From Silanimonas sp. (GTDB lineage Bacteria; Pseudomonadota; Gammaproteobacteria; Xanthomonadales; Xanthomonadaceae), in contig NZ_JBILJW010000002.1 of the NCBI RefSeq assembly GCF_044377035.1, positions 66,380-130,379 of the forward strand: DNA of 64,000 bases. Reading direction: 5' to 3'. A program made the position numbers and the translations under genes. Positions 41,881 through 51,549 of the stretch are shown here, piece by piece. Position 1 is the first letter of the stretch; every line of letters starts with the position of its first letter. Under the pieces are notes generated by a model. That model was given only the letters and a program-made list of their open reading frames with translations, searched no databases and was not told the DNA's origin.

Positions 41881-41911
41881 AAAACGACACCCCGGCGTGG
41901 GCCGGGGTGTC
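41881..41911 (-). terminator. Rho-independent terminator after giant gene D
   Basis: Minus strand reads GACACCCCGGCccacGCCGGGGTGTCgtttt, 30 nt after the stop of gene D. A TTGACA hexamer follows before gene C. Confidence 0.7.
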
Positions 41912-41940
41912 GGGTCAAGCGCGAGGCACGAGGAGCGCGG

Positions 41941-43707
41941 TCAGGGCGTGCAGCCCTGCAGGCTGCCGAGGGCGCCGACCGATTCGTTGGCCGTCCAGGT
42001 GCCCTGCACGCCATTCACGAACGTTCCGCTCAGGGTGATGTTCGAGAACGTGCCACCGGAGAAACCGCGCGAGAACGTACCGATGGTGTTGCGGGTCGGC
42101 GTGCCGGTGCGGTTGCAGAGCGGGCAAAAGCCGTTGATCTGCTCGAGGTCGGCGGTCGCCGTCGCGCCGCCGAAGCTCGTGCGCTCGGCGATCAGGTAGC
42201 GCGGGATGCCCAGGCCGTCGTAGGCGAACACCGTGTAGAACTCGTAGTTCGGGAACATCTGCACGCTGTAGCCCGAGCCGGCGGTGGCCGGGTTGAACCA
42301 GTGCGAGCTCACGTTGAGCGGGCTACCCGACAGCGTCGGGCAGCCGCCACCGAAGTTGCGGAAGGCCTCCGAGCCGGTCTCGCCGTCGAGGTTGTACGAG
42401 AACGTGAACTCATTGGTGGCCGTCGGGCTGACGGTGGCGCTGCCCACTTCCACCAAGGTGTTCGCGCTGCCGTTCCAGGCACTGCGGAACAGCTGCCCCG
42501 ACCAGAAGCCGTTCGCTCCCGGCGCGGCGCCCTGCAGGTAGTACCAGGTCGGCGTGCCATCGGCGAGGAACGTGTACCAGAGGCCCGCGAGCTGGCTGCC
42601 CGCCGGATACAGGAAGAACCCGTGGCCGCTGCGTTCCGGGTTGAAGTAGCCGCCCGGACGGATGCTCGGCGCGGTGCCGGCGATCGTGGCGCGGAGCGTG
42701 AGGCTGGCCGTGGTGCCCGAGGCGTTCACCGGGGTCAGGTACCAGCGGCCCGCGGCCGGGTTCGCCACGGTCACCGTTTCATTACCGCTGGTCGTCGTGG
42801 CGCTCGCGGTGGCGGTGTTGCGTGCCGGCGCCGCAGCGATCGTCGGGATCGCCGCGGCCGGCACGATCGGTGCGACGCGTGCGAGGTAGAGATCGACGTT
42901 CGCGCTGCTCGTCGTGGTGACCGTGAGCTGGGTCGCTCCCGCCGGCACGTCGATGTAGGCGAATTCCTGCGAGGCCCCGGCGGCCAGCAGGATCTGGCGG
43001 TCCACGCCCGCCGACATCGCGAACGGCGACGGCGTGGCCGAGTTGCGCGTCAGCTTGAACGGCACGCGGATCGCGTTCACGCCCGGGCCGCGATCAACGA
43101 TGAGGAAGCCGAAGCGCGACTGCCCGTTGAGGAAGGTCGGATCGTCATACACGAGGCGCGCGGTGAACGCCGCGTTGGCCGGCACATTGCCCGGGCCGGT
43201 GGCCTTCTGGCGCGCCGATGGCAGGTTGTCGATGGCGGCCATCTCGAGCCGTGCGTCGTTGCGCGCGCCGGTGCTGCTTGCGGTCCAGTTCTGCACCAGA
43301 CCCCAAACCGTGATCGGCACGTTGTTGCCGGGGTGGGTGACGGTGATCGAGCAGGCTTCGGTCGCGCCCGACGAGGTGCTGGTGCAGCGCTCCTCGGCCT
43401 CTTCCGGCTGGCCGTCGCCGTCGCTGTCGACGCCGACAAACAGATCGAAGTCCTGCGCGGCGGGCGACGAGGCCGGGGCCAGCGTCACGTTGACCTGGAC
43501 CGTGTGGGTCTGCCCGTCATTGAAGTTGATCGGCACGTTCTGGAAGAACACGCCATCGGTGAGGCTGTCGTAGGGGTCGCCGTTGGTGCTGTCCTGCAGC
43601 AGCCCTTCCTGCTTCGCCACCGGCACCGCGAGATCGGTGGCGGCGAAGCGGGCGTTGTTGAGGCTGATGATGTTGCTGAGGTCGAAATCGACATAGCCGC
43701 GATCGCC
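41941..43707 (-). repeat. Shared C-terminal cassette, copy D (~588 aa; tandem novel module = 41941..42660)
   Basis: Colinear with copies A, B and C. Ends ...GALGSLQGCTP. Confidence 0.8.
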
Positions 43708-45648
43708 GCTGACGTTGCGGACCTGAAGCGGCGGCACTGCGCCCGACGATAGGTATACGGCCACCGGCAGCGTGAGGTCCGGCGTACCGCCGCCCACGCG
43801 ACGCAGCGTGACCGAACCGTAGGCCCAGGTGTTCAGCGCGCTCTGCGCGTTCGTGCTGAAGCGGAACGACAGCGCCTGCGAACCACTGCCGCTGAGCGTA
43901 AAGGTGCTCGGCGTGGTCGTCAGCGACAGGCCCGCCGGCAGGCTCGCGATGACCTGGTACTGCCCACCGGCGGCCCCCGGCATCACCGAAACGGTGCGAT
44001 CGAGCGTGCAGGTCTCGACGCAGTTGGCGGCGGCGAGCGACGGCAGGTTCAGCGTGGAAGCCGTGCCCTCGCTGGCATTGCGGAAGGCGCCGACGGGGAC
44101 GTTGAAGGCCAGCGAGGCGTTGGCGGCCTTCTCGAGGTCGACCGTGCCCGCGCCGCGGCCGTGCGGCGTGGTGGCAAGGCCATCAGCGAATTCGACGATG
44201 GTGGACGCGCGTGCAGTAAGCGCCAGCGCCGAGGCGATCTGGTCGGCGTTCCAGCTGGGGCGTGCGGCACTGAGCAGGGCCGCGGCACCTGCCACGTGCG
44301 GCGAGGCCATCGATGTGCCGCTGAGCTGGATGATGTCGTTGCCGGTACGACCGGCGGCGCGGATTGAAACGCCCGGCGCCGCGACGTCGGGCTTGAGCGC
44401 GCCGAGCGGCGAGACCGGGCCACGGCCGCTGAAGGTGGCGAGGCGATCGCCGGGACCGGTGCGGTCGTGCGTGACGGCGGCGACGCTGATCACCCAAGGG
44501 GCGTTCGACGGCGAACCGAGCGAACCCGGATCGGGGCCGTCGTTGCCGGCCGCGACGGCGACCACGATGCCGGCCTCGCGGGCGGCGAGGAAGGCTTCCT
44601 CGTCCGAGTTCACCGCGCCGCCGACAGTCAGCCAGGGGTCTGACGATCCGCCCCCGATCGAGTAATTGATGACGTCGACCTGGTCGGCGACAGCGCGGTT
44701 GATCGCGGCCAGCAGCTGGCTGCCCGAGTTCGGGCCGCAGGAGCGGCTGTCCGGCGTGGAGCCGCAGCCGCGGTAGGCAATCAGGTTGGCGCGCGGCGCG
44801 ACGCCGCTGAGGTCGACCACTTGGCCGCTGATCGTGCTGGTGATCGGGTTGCCCACGGCCGTGGCGGCGACGTGCGTGCCGTGGCCGTCCGGGTCCGCGG
44901 TGAATGCCGAGGTGCCGTTCGTGCCGCCGGTGACGAAGTCGTAGACGCCGATCAACTTGTTGTTGCAGACGCCGGCGTTGGCCGGGGTGGCGCACCAACC
45001 CAGCAGCGCGCCCTTGGGGTTGGTGTGTGTGTAGCCGGCGGCCGTCGCCGCGAAGGACACGTGGGTCGGGTTCACGCCGGAGTCGATGACACCGACGACG
45101 ACGCCTTCGCCGCGGCTGGTGACGCCGGCGCTGCCGGTCCAGATCGACGGTGCCTTGATCCAGCTCGGACCGCGTTCCGTCATCGCGCGACGCTCGAAAT
45201 CGGGCGTCACGGCGCGAATGCCGGGCATGTCGGCCAGGGCCTCGGCCTCGGCGGGCGTCAGGTCGAGTGCGACGCCGTTGAGGGCGTGCTCATAGATGAA
45301 CTTCGGCACGAGGTCGCGGCCCACGGCAGCGGAGGCCGCGTCGAGGCGCTGCTCGCGCAAGGTACCGATGTAGGCCAGGTAGGCCTCGGCTTCGGGACGC
45401 TCCGGGTCGTACTTGGCCTGGCCGGTCAGCGAAATGGCGACCGGTGCCAGCGCCGGGCGACGCCCGTCCTTGGCTTGGAAACCACGGAACAGCGGAGCGG
45501 CAGGTTCGTCGAAGCTGACGATGTACGAGCCACGCACGTGGGCCGACGCGGCGGAGGCGGCAGCCAGCGGGCGGTCGCTGCGCGCATCGACAGGCGCGGC
45601 AAGGGGAAGCGCCAGCGTGATCGCGGCGGCGAGGGTAAGCAATCGCAT
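41941..45648 (-). CDS. Giant secreted protein D (~1235 aa): S8 subtilisin-like serine protease with I9 propeptide (no PA insert), shared C-terminal cassette
   Basis: Start at MRLLTLAAAITLALPLAAP with an AGGA SD 7 nt upstream (track start 45672). Motifs VVVGVIDSGVNPTHVSF, DGHGTHVAATAVGN, SGTSMASPHVAGAAALL. Confidence 0.85.
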   Translation of the reverse strand: MRLLTLAAAITLALPLAAPVDARSDRPLAAASAASAHVRGSYIVSFDEPAAPLFRGFQAKDGRRPALAPVAISLTGQAKYDPERPEAEAYLAYIGTLREQRLDAASAAVGRDLVPKFIYEHALNGVALDLTPAEAEALADMPGIRAVTPDFERRAMTERGPSWIKAPSIWTGSAGVTSRGEGVVVGVIDSGVNPTHVSFAATAAGYTHTNPKGALLGWCATPANAGVCNNKLIGVYDFVTGGTNGTSAFTADPDGHGTHVAATAVGNPITSTISGQVVDLSGVAPRANLIAYRGCGSTPDSRSCGPNSGSQLLAAINRAVADQVDVINYSIGGGSSDPWLTVGGAVNSDEEAFLAAREAGIVVAVAAGNDGPDPGSLGSPSNAPWVISVAAVTHDRTGPGDRLATFSGRGPVSPLGALKPDVAAPGVSIRAAGRTGNDIIQLSGTSMASPHVAGAAALLSAARPSWNADQIASALALTARASTIVEFADGLATTPHGRGAGTVDLEKAANASLAFNVPVGAFRNASEGTASTLNLPSLAAANCVETCTLDRTVSVMPGAAGGQYQVIASLPAGLSLTTTPSTFTLSGSGSQALSFRFSTNAQSALNTWAYGSVTLRRVGGGTPDLTLPVAVYLSSGAVPPLQVRNVSGDRGYVDFDLSNIISLNNARFAATDLAVPVAKQEGLLQDSTNGDPYDSLTDGVFFQNVPINFNDGQTHTVQVNVTLAPASSPAAQDFDLFVGVDSDGDGQPEEAEERCTSTSSGATEACSITVTHPGNNVPITVWGLVQNWTASSTGARNDARLEMAAIDNLPSARQKATGPGNVPANAAFTARLVYDDPTFLNGQSRFGFLIVDRGPGVNAIRVPFKLTRNSATPSPFAMSAGVDRQILLAAGASQEFAYIDVPAGATQLTVTTTSSANVDLYLARVAPIVPAAAIPTIAAAPARNTATASATTTSGNETVTVANPAAGRWYLTPVNASGTTASLTLRATIAGTAPSIRPGGYFNPERSGHGFFLYPAGSQLAGLWYTFLADGTPTWYYLQGAAPGANGFWSGQLFRSAWNGSANTLVEVGSATVSPTATNEFTFSYNLDGETGSEAFRNFGGGCPTLSGSPLNVSSHWFNPATAGSGYSVQMFPNYEFYTVFAYDGLGIPRYLIAERTSFGGATATADLEQINGFCPLCNRTGTPTRNTIGTFSRGFSGGTFSNITLSGTFVNGVQGTWTANESVGALGSLQGCTP

Positions 45649-45843
45649 TGGGGGGTCCTGCAGAAGGGGCATGGAGGCGGAAGGCCGGTCCGAGTGTAAC
45701 GTCCGATTGACACGAATCCATCATCGCGGCCGGCGGCTTCGCCGACCGCCAAGCGGGTCACAGTGCGGAAACGCGCCAGGGACGGACGGGATGACACCCT
45801 CCGCGTGGACACCCGACCTCGGCGGCCGCTAGCATCCGCGCCG

Positions 45844-46485
45844 ATGGATTCCGCGCCTGCGGCCCTGCTCGTCGCGCGGGGCCTCACCTACCACCGCAAT
45901 CAGGACCCGATCTTCGGGCCGCTCGATCTTCACGTCGATGCCGGAGAAGCCGTGTTGGTCCGGGGCGGCAATGGCGCCGGGAAAACCACCCTGCTCAAGG
46001 TGCTCGCCGGCCTGCTGGAGGCCACGGGCGGAAGCGCGACCCTGCTGGGTGCTCCTGTCGATACCGACCACCTCGCCCGCCACTGCGCCTACCTCGGGCA
46101 TCGGCTGGGCCACAAGGCCGAACTCGGCTGCGTCGACAACCTCCGCTACGCCGCCACGCTTCAAGGCCGCTCTTGCACCGAGGCTCAGCTCGAGGCGGCA
46201 CTGGCCGCCACCGGCCTGGCCGGCTACGAGGACACCCCCGCCGGGCGGATGAGCGCCGGCCAGAACAAGCGGCTGGCGCTGGCGCGCCTCTCGTTGCATC
46301 CGGGCAAGCTTTGGCTGATGGACGAGCCCTACGCGAACCTCGACCTCGACGGCATCGCCCTGGTCGACCGCATGGTCGGCGCCCACACGGCGGCGGGCGG
46401 GGCGGCCTTCATCACCACCCATGGGGCCTATGCGGCCCCGCCGGGCCGGGTGCGGCTGATCGAACTCCAAGGCGGCCGGGCATGA
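45844..46485 (+). CDS. ccmA: Heme exporter ATP-binding protein CcmA
   Basis: Walker A GGNGAGKTT, signature MSAGQNKRLALARL, Walker B LWLMDEP. First gene of the ccm cluster. ATG 45844 inside track ORF 45763..46485. Confidence 0.9.
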   Translation: MDSAPAALLVARGLTYHRNQDPIFGPLDLHVDAGEAVLVRGGNGAGKTTLLKVLAGLLEATGGSATLLGAPVDTDHLARHCAYLGHRLGHKAELGCVDNLRYAATLQGRSCTEAQLEAALAATGLAGYEDTPAGRMSAGQNKRLALARLSLHPGKLWLMDEPYANLDLDGIALVDRMVGAHTAAGGAAFITTHGAYAAPPGRVRLIELQGGRA

Positions 46486-47186
46486 GCGGCGGACCGATCC
46501 CGGCATCCCCGGTGGGCTGGACCGAGGTGGCCCGCGCCCAGCTCCGCCGTGACCTCACCCTCGTTTGGGTCCGTCGCGGGGATGCCCTGCAGCCCCTGCT
46601 GTTCGCCTTGATGACCGCCAGCCTGTTCCCGCTGGCCCTCGGCGCCGAACCCGGCAAGTTGGCGCCCCTCGCCGCGGGCGTGCTGTGGGTGTGCGTGCTG
46701 CTGTCCGGGCTGCTGGGCCTCGATGCCTTGTTCCGTACCGACACCGAGGACGGTGGCCTTGAGCAGATGCTGCTTTCGCCGTCGCCCTTGGCCCTGCTCG
46801 TCGGCATGCGCGTTCTCGTGCACTGGCTGACCACCGCCCTGCCCTTGCTGCTGGTCGCGCCGCTGCTGGCCTCGATGCTGCAGTTGCCGATGTCGCTGCT
46901 GCCGATCCTGATGGCCTCGCTCGCCCTCGGCACGCCCCTGCTCAGCCTGATCGGTGCCGTGGTCGCAGCACTCACGGTCGGCGTAAAGCGCTCTGGTATC
47001 CTGCTGCCCTTGCTCGCCCTGCCGCTGTATGTGCCGGTACTCGTCTTCGGCGCAGGCAGCGTTGCGGCCGCGGCCGAGGGCTATGACGCGCTCGGCGCCC
47101 TGTTGCTTCTGGCCGGGGCGCTGGTGCTGGCGCTCGTGCTCGCGCCTCTCGCCGCGGCAGCGGCCCTTCGGATCGCGCACACATGA
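46482..47186 (+). CDS. ccmB: Heme exporter membrane protein CcmB
   Basis: ATGA overlap with ccmA. FRTDTEDGGLEQMLLSP is the CcmB signature. 6 TM segments. Confidence 0.9.
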   Translation: MSGGPIPASPVGWTEVARAQLRRDLTLVWVRRGDALQPLLFALMTASLFPLALGAEPGKLAPLAAGVLWVCVLLSGLLGLDALFRTDTEDGGLEQMLLSPSPLALLVGMRVLVHWLTTALPLLLVAPLLASMLQLPMSLLPILMASLALGTPLLSLIGAVVAALTVGVKRSGILLPLLALPLYVPVLVFGAGSVAAAAEGYDALGALLLLAGALVLALVLAPLAAAAALRIAHT

Positions 47187-47935
47187 ATGCCCTGCTGCTC
47201 TGGTTCCATCGCACCGGCTCGCCGCCCAACTTCGACCGCTTCTGCGCCCGCTGGACGCCCTGGTGCTTCGCCGCCGCCGTCGTCCTGCTGCTGCCGGGCC
47301 TCTACGGCGCGCTGTTCTCGGTGCCGACCGACTACAAGCAGGGCGACAGCTTCCGCATCCTCTACATCCACGTGCCGGCGGCGTGGTCGGCGATGTTCAT
47401 CTTCGTCGCGATGGCGGTGCAGGCCTTCATCGCGCTGGTCTGGCGCATCAAGGCCTGCGAGACCCTGGCCGTGGCCGCCGCGCCCGTCGGGGCCGCCTTC
47501 GCGGCCATCACGCTGATCACCGGCTCGATCTGGGGCCGCCCCACCTGGGGCACGTGGTGGGAGTGGGACCCGCGCCTCACCTCGATGCTGGTGATGTTTT
47601 TCCTCTACATCGGCGTGATCGCGCTCCACAACGCCATCGAGGACCGCCGGGCCGCGGCCCGCGCCGCGTGTTTCCTGGCGCTCATCGGCGTGATCAACGT
47701 GCCGATCGTGCATTTCTCCGTGGACTGGTGGAACAGCCTGCACCAGGGCGACACCATCAACCTGACGCGCGGCGAATCGCAGATGCATGCCTCGATGCTG
47801 TGGCCGCTGATCCTCACCACGCTGGCCACGAAGTTCTGGTTCGTGGGCTCCCTGCTGCAGCGGGCCCGCGTGCTGAACCTTGAGAACGAGTCCGCCCAGC
47901 CCTGGGCCAAGGCCCTGGCCATGGAGGCGCGCTGA
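47183..47935 (+). CDS. ccmC: Heme exporter/heme lyase subunit CcmC
   Basis: WWD motif WGTWWEWDPRLTS. 250 aa. ATGA overlap with ccmB. Confidence 0.9.
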   Translation: MNALLLWFHRTGSPPNFDRFCARWTPWCFAAAVVLLLPGLYGALFSVPTDYKQGDSFRILYIHVPAAWSAMFIFVAMAVQAFIALVWRIKACETLAVAAAPVGAAFAAITLITGSIWGRPTWGTWWEWDPRLTSMLVMFFLYIGVIALHNAIEDRRAAARAACFLALIGVINVPIVHFSVDWWNSLHQGDTINLTRGESQMHASMLWPLILTTLATKFWFVGSLLQRARVLNLENESAQPWAKALAMEAR

Positions 47936-48096
47936 TGGAGCATCTTCACGGCTGGTTCGTCGCCGCGGCCTACGCGATCGCCCTGGTGATCCTGCTCGCC
48001 GACGCGTTCTTGCCACGGATCAAGTTCAAATCGCTGCTGCGCGGCATCCTGCTGCGCGAACGCCGCGCCTCCGCTTCGAAGAACGAGTCCCCATGA
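47935..48096 (+). CDS. ccmD: Heme exporter protein CcmD (53 aa; absent from the ORF track)
   Basis: My translation: MEHLHGWFVAAAYAIALVILLADAFLPRIKFKSLLRGILLRERRASASKNESP. Single TM. The ATG shares one base with the ccmC TGA, and the stop overlaps the ccmE ATG (ATGA). Canonical position. Confidence 0.8.
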   Translation: MEHLHGWFVAAAYAIALVILLADAFLPRIKFKSLLRGILLRERRASASKNESP

Positions 48097-48620
48097 ACCC
48101 CACCCGCCAACGCCGCCTCTGGATGGCCCTGCTGGTCCTGCTTGCCGCCTCCGTCGGCGGCGGGCTCATCGTCTGGGCCCTGCAGCGCAACGTCACCTTC
48201 CTCCATTCCCCGACCGCCGTTCGCGATGGCCAGGTGCCGGAAGATGCGCGCTTCCGATTGGGTGGCGTGCTGCTCGAGGGCAGCGTGAAGCGCGAGACCG
48301 GCTCGCTGCGCGTCGCCTTCGAGGTGACCGACCGCTTCAACAACTATCCGGTGGTCTACGACGGCATCCTCCCGGACATGTTCCGCGAGGGCACCAGCGT
48401 CATCGCCACGGGCCGAATCCGCGACGGCCAACTGGTGGCCGACGAAGTGCTGGCCAAGCACGACGAGCAGTACATGCCGAAGGAAGTCGCCGACGCGATC
48501 GCCGCGGCGAAGGAACAAGGCGAGGCCAAGGCTGCCGCCGATGCGCCCACCTATGGCGATGCGCCGCCCGACGCTGCGGCACCGCCGGCTGAAGCGACGA
48601 CCTCGGGCGGCACGTACTGA
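48093..48620 (+). CDS. ccmE: Cytochrome c heme chaperone CcmE
   Basis: MNPTRQRRLWMALLVLLAAS anchor, OB-fold, heme-binding LAKHDEQYMPKEV (HxxxY). Ala/Pro-rich C-terminal tail. Confidence 0.9.
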   Translation: MNPTRQRRLWMALLVLLAASVGGGLIVWALQRNVTFLHSPTAVRDGQVPEDARFRLGGVLLEGSVKRETGSLRVAFEVTDRFNNYPVVYDGILPDMFREGTSVIATGRIRDGQLVADEVLAKHDEQYMPKEVADAIAAAKEQGEAKAAADAPTYGDAPPDAAAPPAEATTSGGTY

Positions 48621-50572
48621 TGCTGCCCGAACTCGGAAACCTAGCGCTTCTGCTGGCGCTGCTGCTGGCGGTGGCGATGTCGACACTGCCGCTGGCTGGT
48701 GCCCATCGGGGCAACACCGCGTGGATGAACCTCGCGCGCCCGCTGGCCTACGGGCAACTGGCGCTGCTCTCGGTGTCCTACGCCGCGCTGACATGGGCCT
48801 TCATCGACCACGATCTTTCGGTGGCCTACGTCGCGAACAACTCGCACATCAACCTGCCGATGCTTTACCAGATCAGCGCGGTTTGGGGCGGGCATGAAGG
48901 CTCGCTGCTGCTCTGGGTGCTGATCCTCGGCATCTGGATCGCCGCGGTGGCGCGTTTCTCGCGCTCGCTGCCGCTGCCGGTGATCGCCCGCGTGCTGGCC
49001 GTGATGGGCCTGATCTCCGTCGGCTTCCTCAGCTTCACCGCCTTTACTTCCAACCCGTTCGAGCGCCTGCTGCCGGCCGCGACCGAAGGACGGGACCTAA
49101 ACCCGTTGCTCCAGGACCCGGGCCTGATCTTCCACCCGCCGCTGCTTTACATCGGCTACGTCGGTTTCGCGGTGGCGTTCGCGTTCGCGGTCGCCGCCCT
49201 TCTCGACGGCCGCGTCGATGCGCAATGGGTGCGCTGGTCGCGCCCTTGGACCAATGTGGCGTGGGCCTTCCTGACGCTGGGCATCGGCCTCGGCAGCTAC
49301 TGGGCTTACTACGAGTTGGGCTGGGGCGGCTGGTGGTTCTGGGACCCGGTCGAGAACGCCAGCTTCATGCCTTGGCTGGTGGGCACGGCCCTGCTGCATT
49401 CGCAGGCGGTCTCGGAGAAGCGCGGCAGCTTCCACGGCTGGACCCTTCTGCTCGCCATCGCCGCGTTCTCGCTGTCCCTGCTCGGCACCTTCCTCGTGCG
49501 CTCGGGCGTGCTCACCTCGGTGCACGCGTTCGCCAGCGACCCGCAGCGCGGCCTCTACATCCTCGGTTTCCTGCTGGTCGTCGTCGGCGGCTCGCTGGCG
49601 CTCTATGCGAAGCGCGCGCCGAAGGCGGAAGCGGCGCAGCCCTTCGCCGGGAGCTCGCGCGAGACGCTGCTGCTGGTCAACAACCTGCTGCTCACCGCCG
49701 CGGCGGCGATGGTGCTGCTCGGCACGCTCTTCCCGCTGCTCGTCGATGCCCTGAAGCTCGGCCAGATCTCGGTCGGCCCACCCTACTTCGGCCTGCTGTT
49801 CACCCTGCTGATGGCGCCGGTCGTGCTGCTGGTGCCCTTTGGCCCGGTGACGCGCTGGGGCCGGGAGGATGCCGGTGCTGTTGGACGGATGATGGCGCCG
49901 TGGCTGGTTCTGGGCCTCGCGGCCATGTTCCTCGTGTTCTTCACCTGGCCCGAAGGCTCCTTCAAGACGGCGGCCGGCGTCGGTGGTGGCCTTTGGGTGA
50001 TCGCCGGAACCGCGGTTTTCCTGTGGCGGCGCCTTAAGACCCAGCGCCAGAAACTCACCGCCGAGATGGCCGGCATGGTGCTGGCGCATGCCGGCATCGG
50101 CGTGTTCGTGATCGGCGTGCTGGTGCTGGAAAGCACGATGATCGAGCGCGACGTGGCGGCCAAGCCGGGCATGAGCTTCGAGGTGCGCGAATACACCTTC
50201 GCCTTCGACGGCGTCGCGCCGCAGAAGGGCCCGAACTTCGACGCCGACGTCGGCACGGTGCGGCTCTTCAAGGACGGCGAACTCATCGCCACCCTGAAGC
50301 CCGAGAAGCGCTTCTACCCGGTGTCGGGACAGATGATGACCGAGGCCTACTACGAAGCCGGGTTGTTCCGCGACGTGTACGTGGCGCTCGGTGATCCGCT
50401 CGATGCGCAGAAGACCGAATGGGCCGTGCGCCTGTACGTGAAGCCCTACATCCGCTGGATCTGGTTCGGCGCCTTGATGATGGCTATCGGCGGCTTCGTC
50501 GTCGCCTTCGACCGTCGCTTCCGCAAACCGGTGAATGCCCCGGCCGCCACGGCACCGGCCGAGGCGCTGTGA
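48620..50572 (+). CDS. ccmF: Cytochrome c heme lyase subunit CcmF
   Basis: 650 aa. WWD motif WGGWWFWDPVENAS. Multi-TM. Confidence 0.95.
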   Translation: MLPELGNLALLLALLLAVAMSTLPLAGAHRGNTAWMNLARPLAYGQLALLSVSYAALTWAFIDHDLSVAYVANNSHINLPMLYQISAVWGGHEGSLLLWVLILGIWIAAVARFSRSLPLPVIARVLAVMGLISVGFLSFTAFTSNPFERLLPAATEGRDLNPLLQDPGLIFHPPLLYIGYVGFAVAFAFAVAALLDGRVDAQWVRWSRPWTNVAWAFLTLGIGLGSYWAYYELGWGGWWFWDPVENASFMPWLVGTALLHSQAVSEKRGSFHGWTLLLAIAAFSLSLLGTFLVRSGVLTSVHAFASDPQRGLYILGFLLVVVGGSLALYAKRAPKAEAAQPFAGSSRETLLLVNNLLLTAAAAMVLLGTLFPLLVDALKLGQISVGPPYFGLLFTLLMAPVVLLVPFGPVTRWGREDAGAVGRMMAPWLVLGLAAMFLVFFTWPEGSFKTAAGVGGGLWVIAGTAVFLWRRLKTQRQKLTAEMAGMVLAHAGIGVFVIGVLVLESTMIERDVAAKPGMSFEVREYTFAFDGVAPQKGPNFDADVGTVRLFKDGELIATLKPEKRFYPVSGQMMTEAYYEAGLFRDVYVALGDPLDAQKTEWAVRLYVKPYIRWIWFGALMMAIGGFVVAFDRRFRKPVNAPAATAPAEAL

Positions 50573-51111
50573 TGGGCCGCTGGCTGCCACTGGGCCTCTT
50601 CCTCGCGCTGGCCGTGCTGCTCGGCACGGGGGTGGTCATGAATGCGGGCAAGTCGCAGACCGACATCGATTCGCCGCTGATCGGCCAACCCGCCCCGGAC
50701 TTCGCGTTGCCGGATTTCAACGACCCGTCGACGACGGTCCGCAAGACCGACCTGCTCGGCAAGCCCTACCTCGTCAACATCTGGGCGAGCTGGTGTGCAA
50801 GCTGCCGCGTGGAGCACCCGGTCATCACCGACATCGCGAACAGCGGTCGCCTGCATGTGGTCGGCTACAACTACAAGGACGCGCCGGAAGACGCCGCACG
50901 CTGGCTGCAGCAGTTCGGCAACCCCTTCCACCGCATCATTGCCGACGTCGAAGGCGCCGCCGCGATCGACTGGGGCATCTACGGCGCGCCCGAGACCTTC
51001 CTGGTGGATGCGAAGGGCATCGTGCGCTGGAAGCACGTCGGCCCGGTGACGCCCGACGTGGTCGAAACGCAGCTGTGGCCCCTGCTGACCACGCTGGAGA
51101 GCGAAGGATGA
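50572..51111 (+). CDS. ccmG: Thiol:disulfide interchange protein CcmG/DsbE
   Basis: Thioredoxin fold with WASWCASCRVEHP (CxxC) and GVYGAPETF-type motif (GIYGAPETFLVD). ATG 50572 inside track ORF 50419..51111. Confidence 0.9.
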   Translation: MGRWLPLGLFLALAVLLGTGVVMNAGKSQTDIDSPLIGQPAPDFALPDFNDPSTTVRKTDLLGKPYLVNIWASWCASCRVEHPVITDIANSGRLHVVGYNYKDAPEDAARWLQQFGNPFHRIIADVEGAAAIDWGIYGAPETFLVDAKGIVRWKHVGPVTPDVVETQLWPLLTTLESEG

Positions 51112-51542
51112 ACACGCTACGCCACGTCGTTGTCGCGCTCGCACTGCTGCTCGCCGGCACCGTTGCCGCGCTGCATCCGAAGGACTTCCAGAGCCCGGAG
51201 GAAGAAGCCCGCTATCGCGCGATCGCCAAAGAGCTGCGCTGCGTGATGTGCCAGAACCAGTCGTTGGCCGACTCGCCGGCAGGCGTCGCCGACGACATGC
51301 GCCGCCAGGTGCTCACGCTCATCCGCGAAGGCAAGAGCGATGCGGAGATCACCGCGTTCTTCCGGGCGCGCTACGGCGATTTCATCCTCTATCGCCCGCA
51401 AGTGAACCCGGTGACCTGGGCGCTGTGGTTCGGACCGGGTCTGCTGCTCCTCGTCGGTGCCGGCGTGGTGGTGTCGATCGTCCGCCGCCAGAAGACCGAC
51501 GCGCCCGCCGCTCCGCCCGCCGAAGACCGCCAGGACTGGTGA
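51108..51542 (+). CDS. ccmH: Cytochrome c biogenesis protein CcmH
   Basis: LRCVMCQNQSLADS (LRCxxCQNQ motif). ATGA overlap with ccmG. Confidence 0.9.
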   Translation: MNTLRHVVVALALLLAGTVAALHPKDFQSPEEEARYRAIAKELRCVMCQNQSLADSPAGVADDMRRQVLTLIREGKSDAEITAFFRARYGDFILYRPQVNPVTWALWFGPGLLLLVGAGVVVSIVRRQKTDAPAAPPAEDRQDW

Positions 51543-51549
51543 CCCGCTG

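Noticed and set aside
45673-45843. A third copy of the TTCATCGCGAT box in the giant-D/ccmA divergent region (tccatcatcgcgg).
   Set aside because: Only about 10 of 14 core positions match and the palindrome is lost, so this is probably chance in GC-rich DNA.
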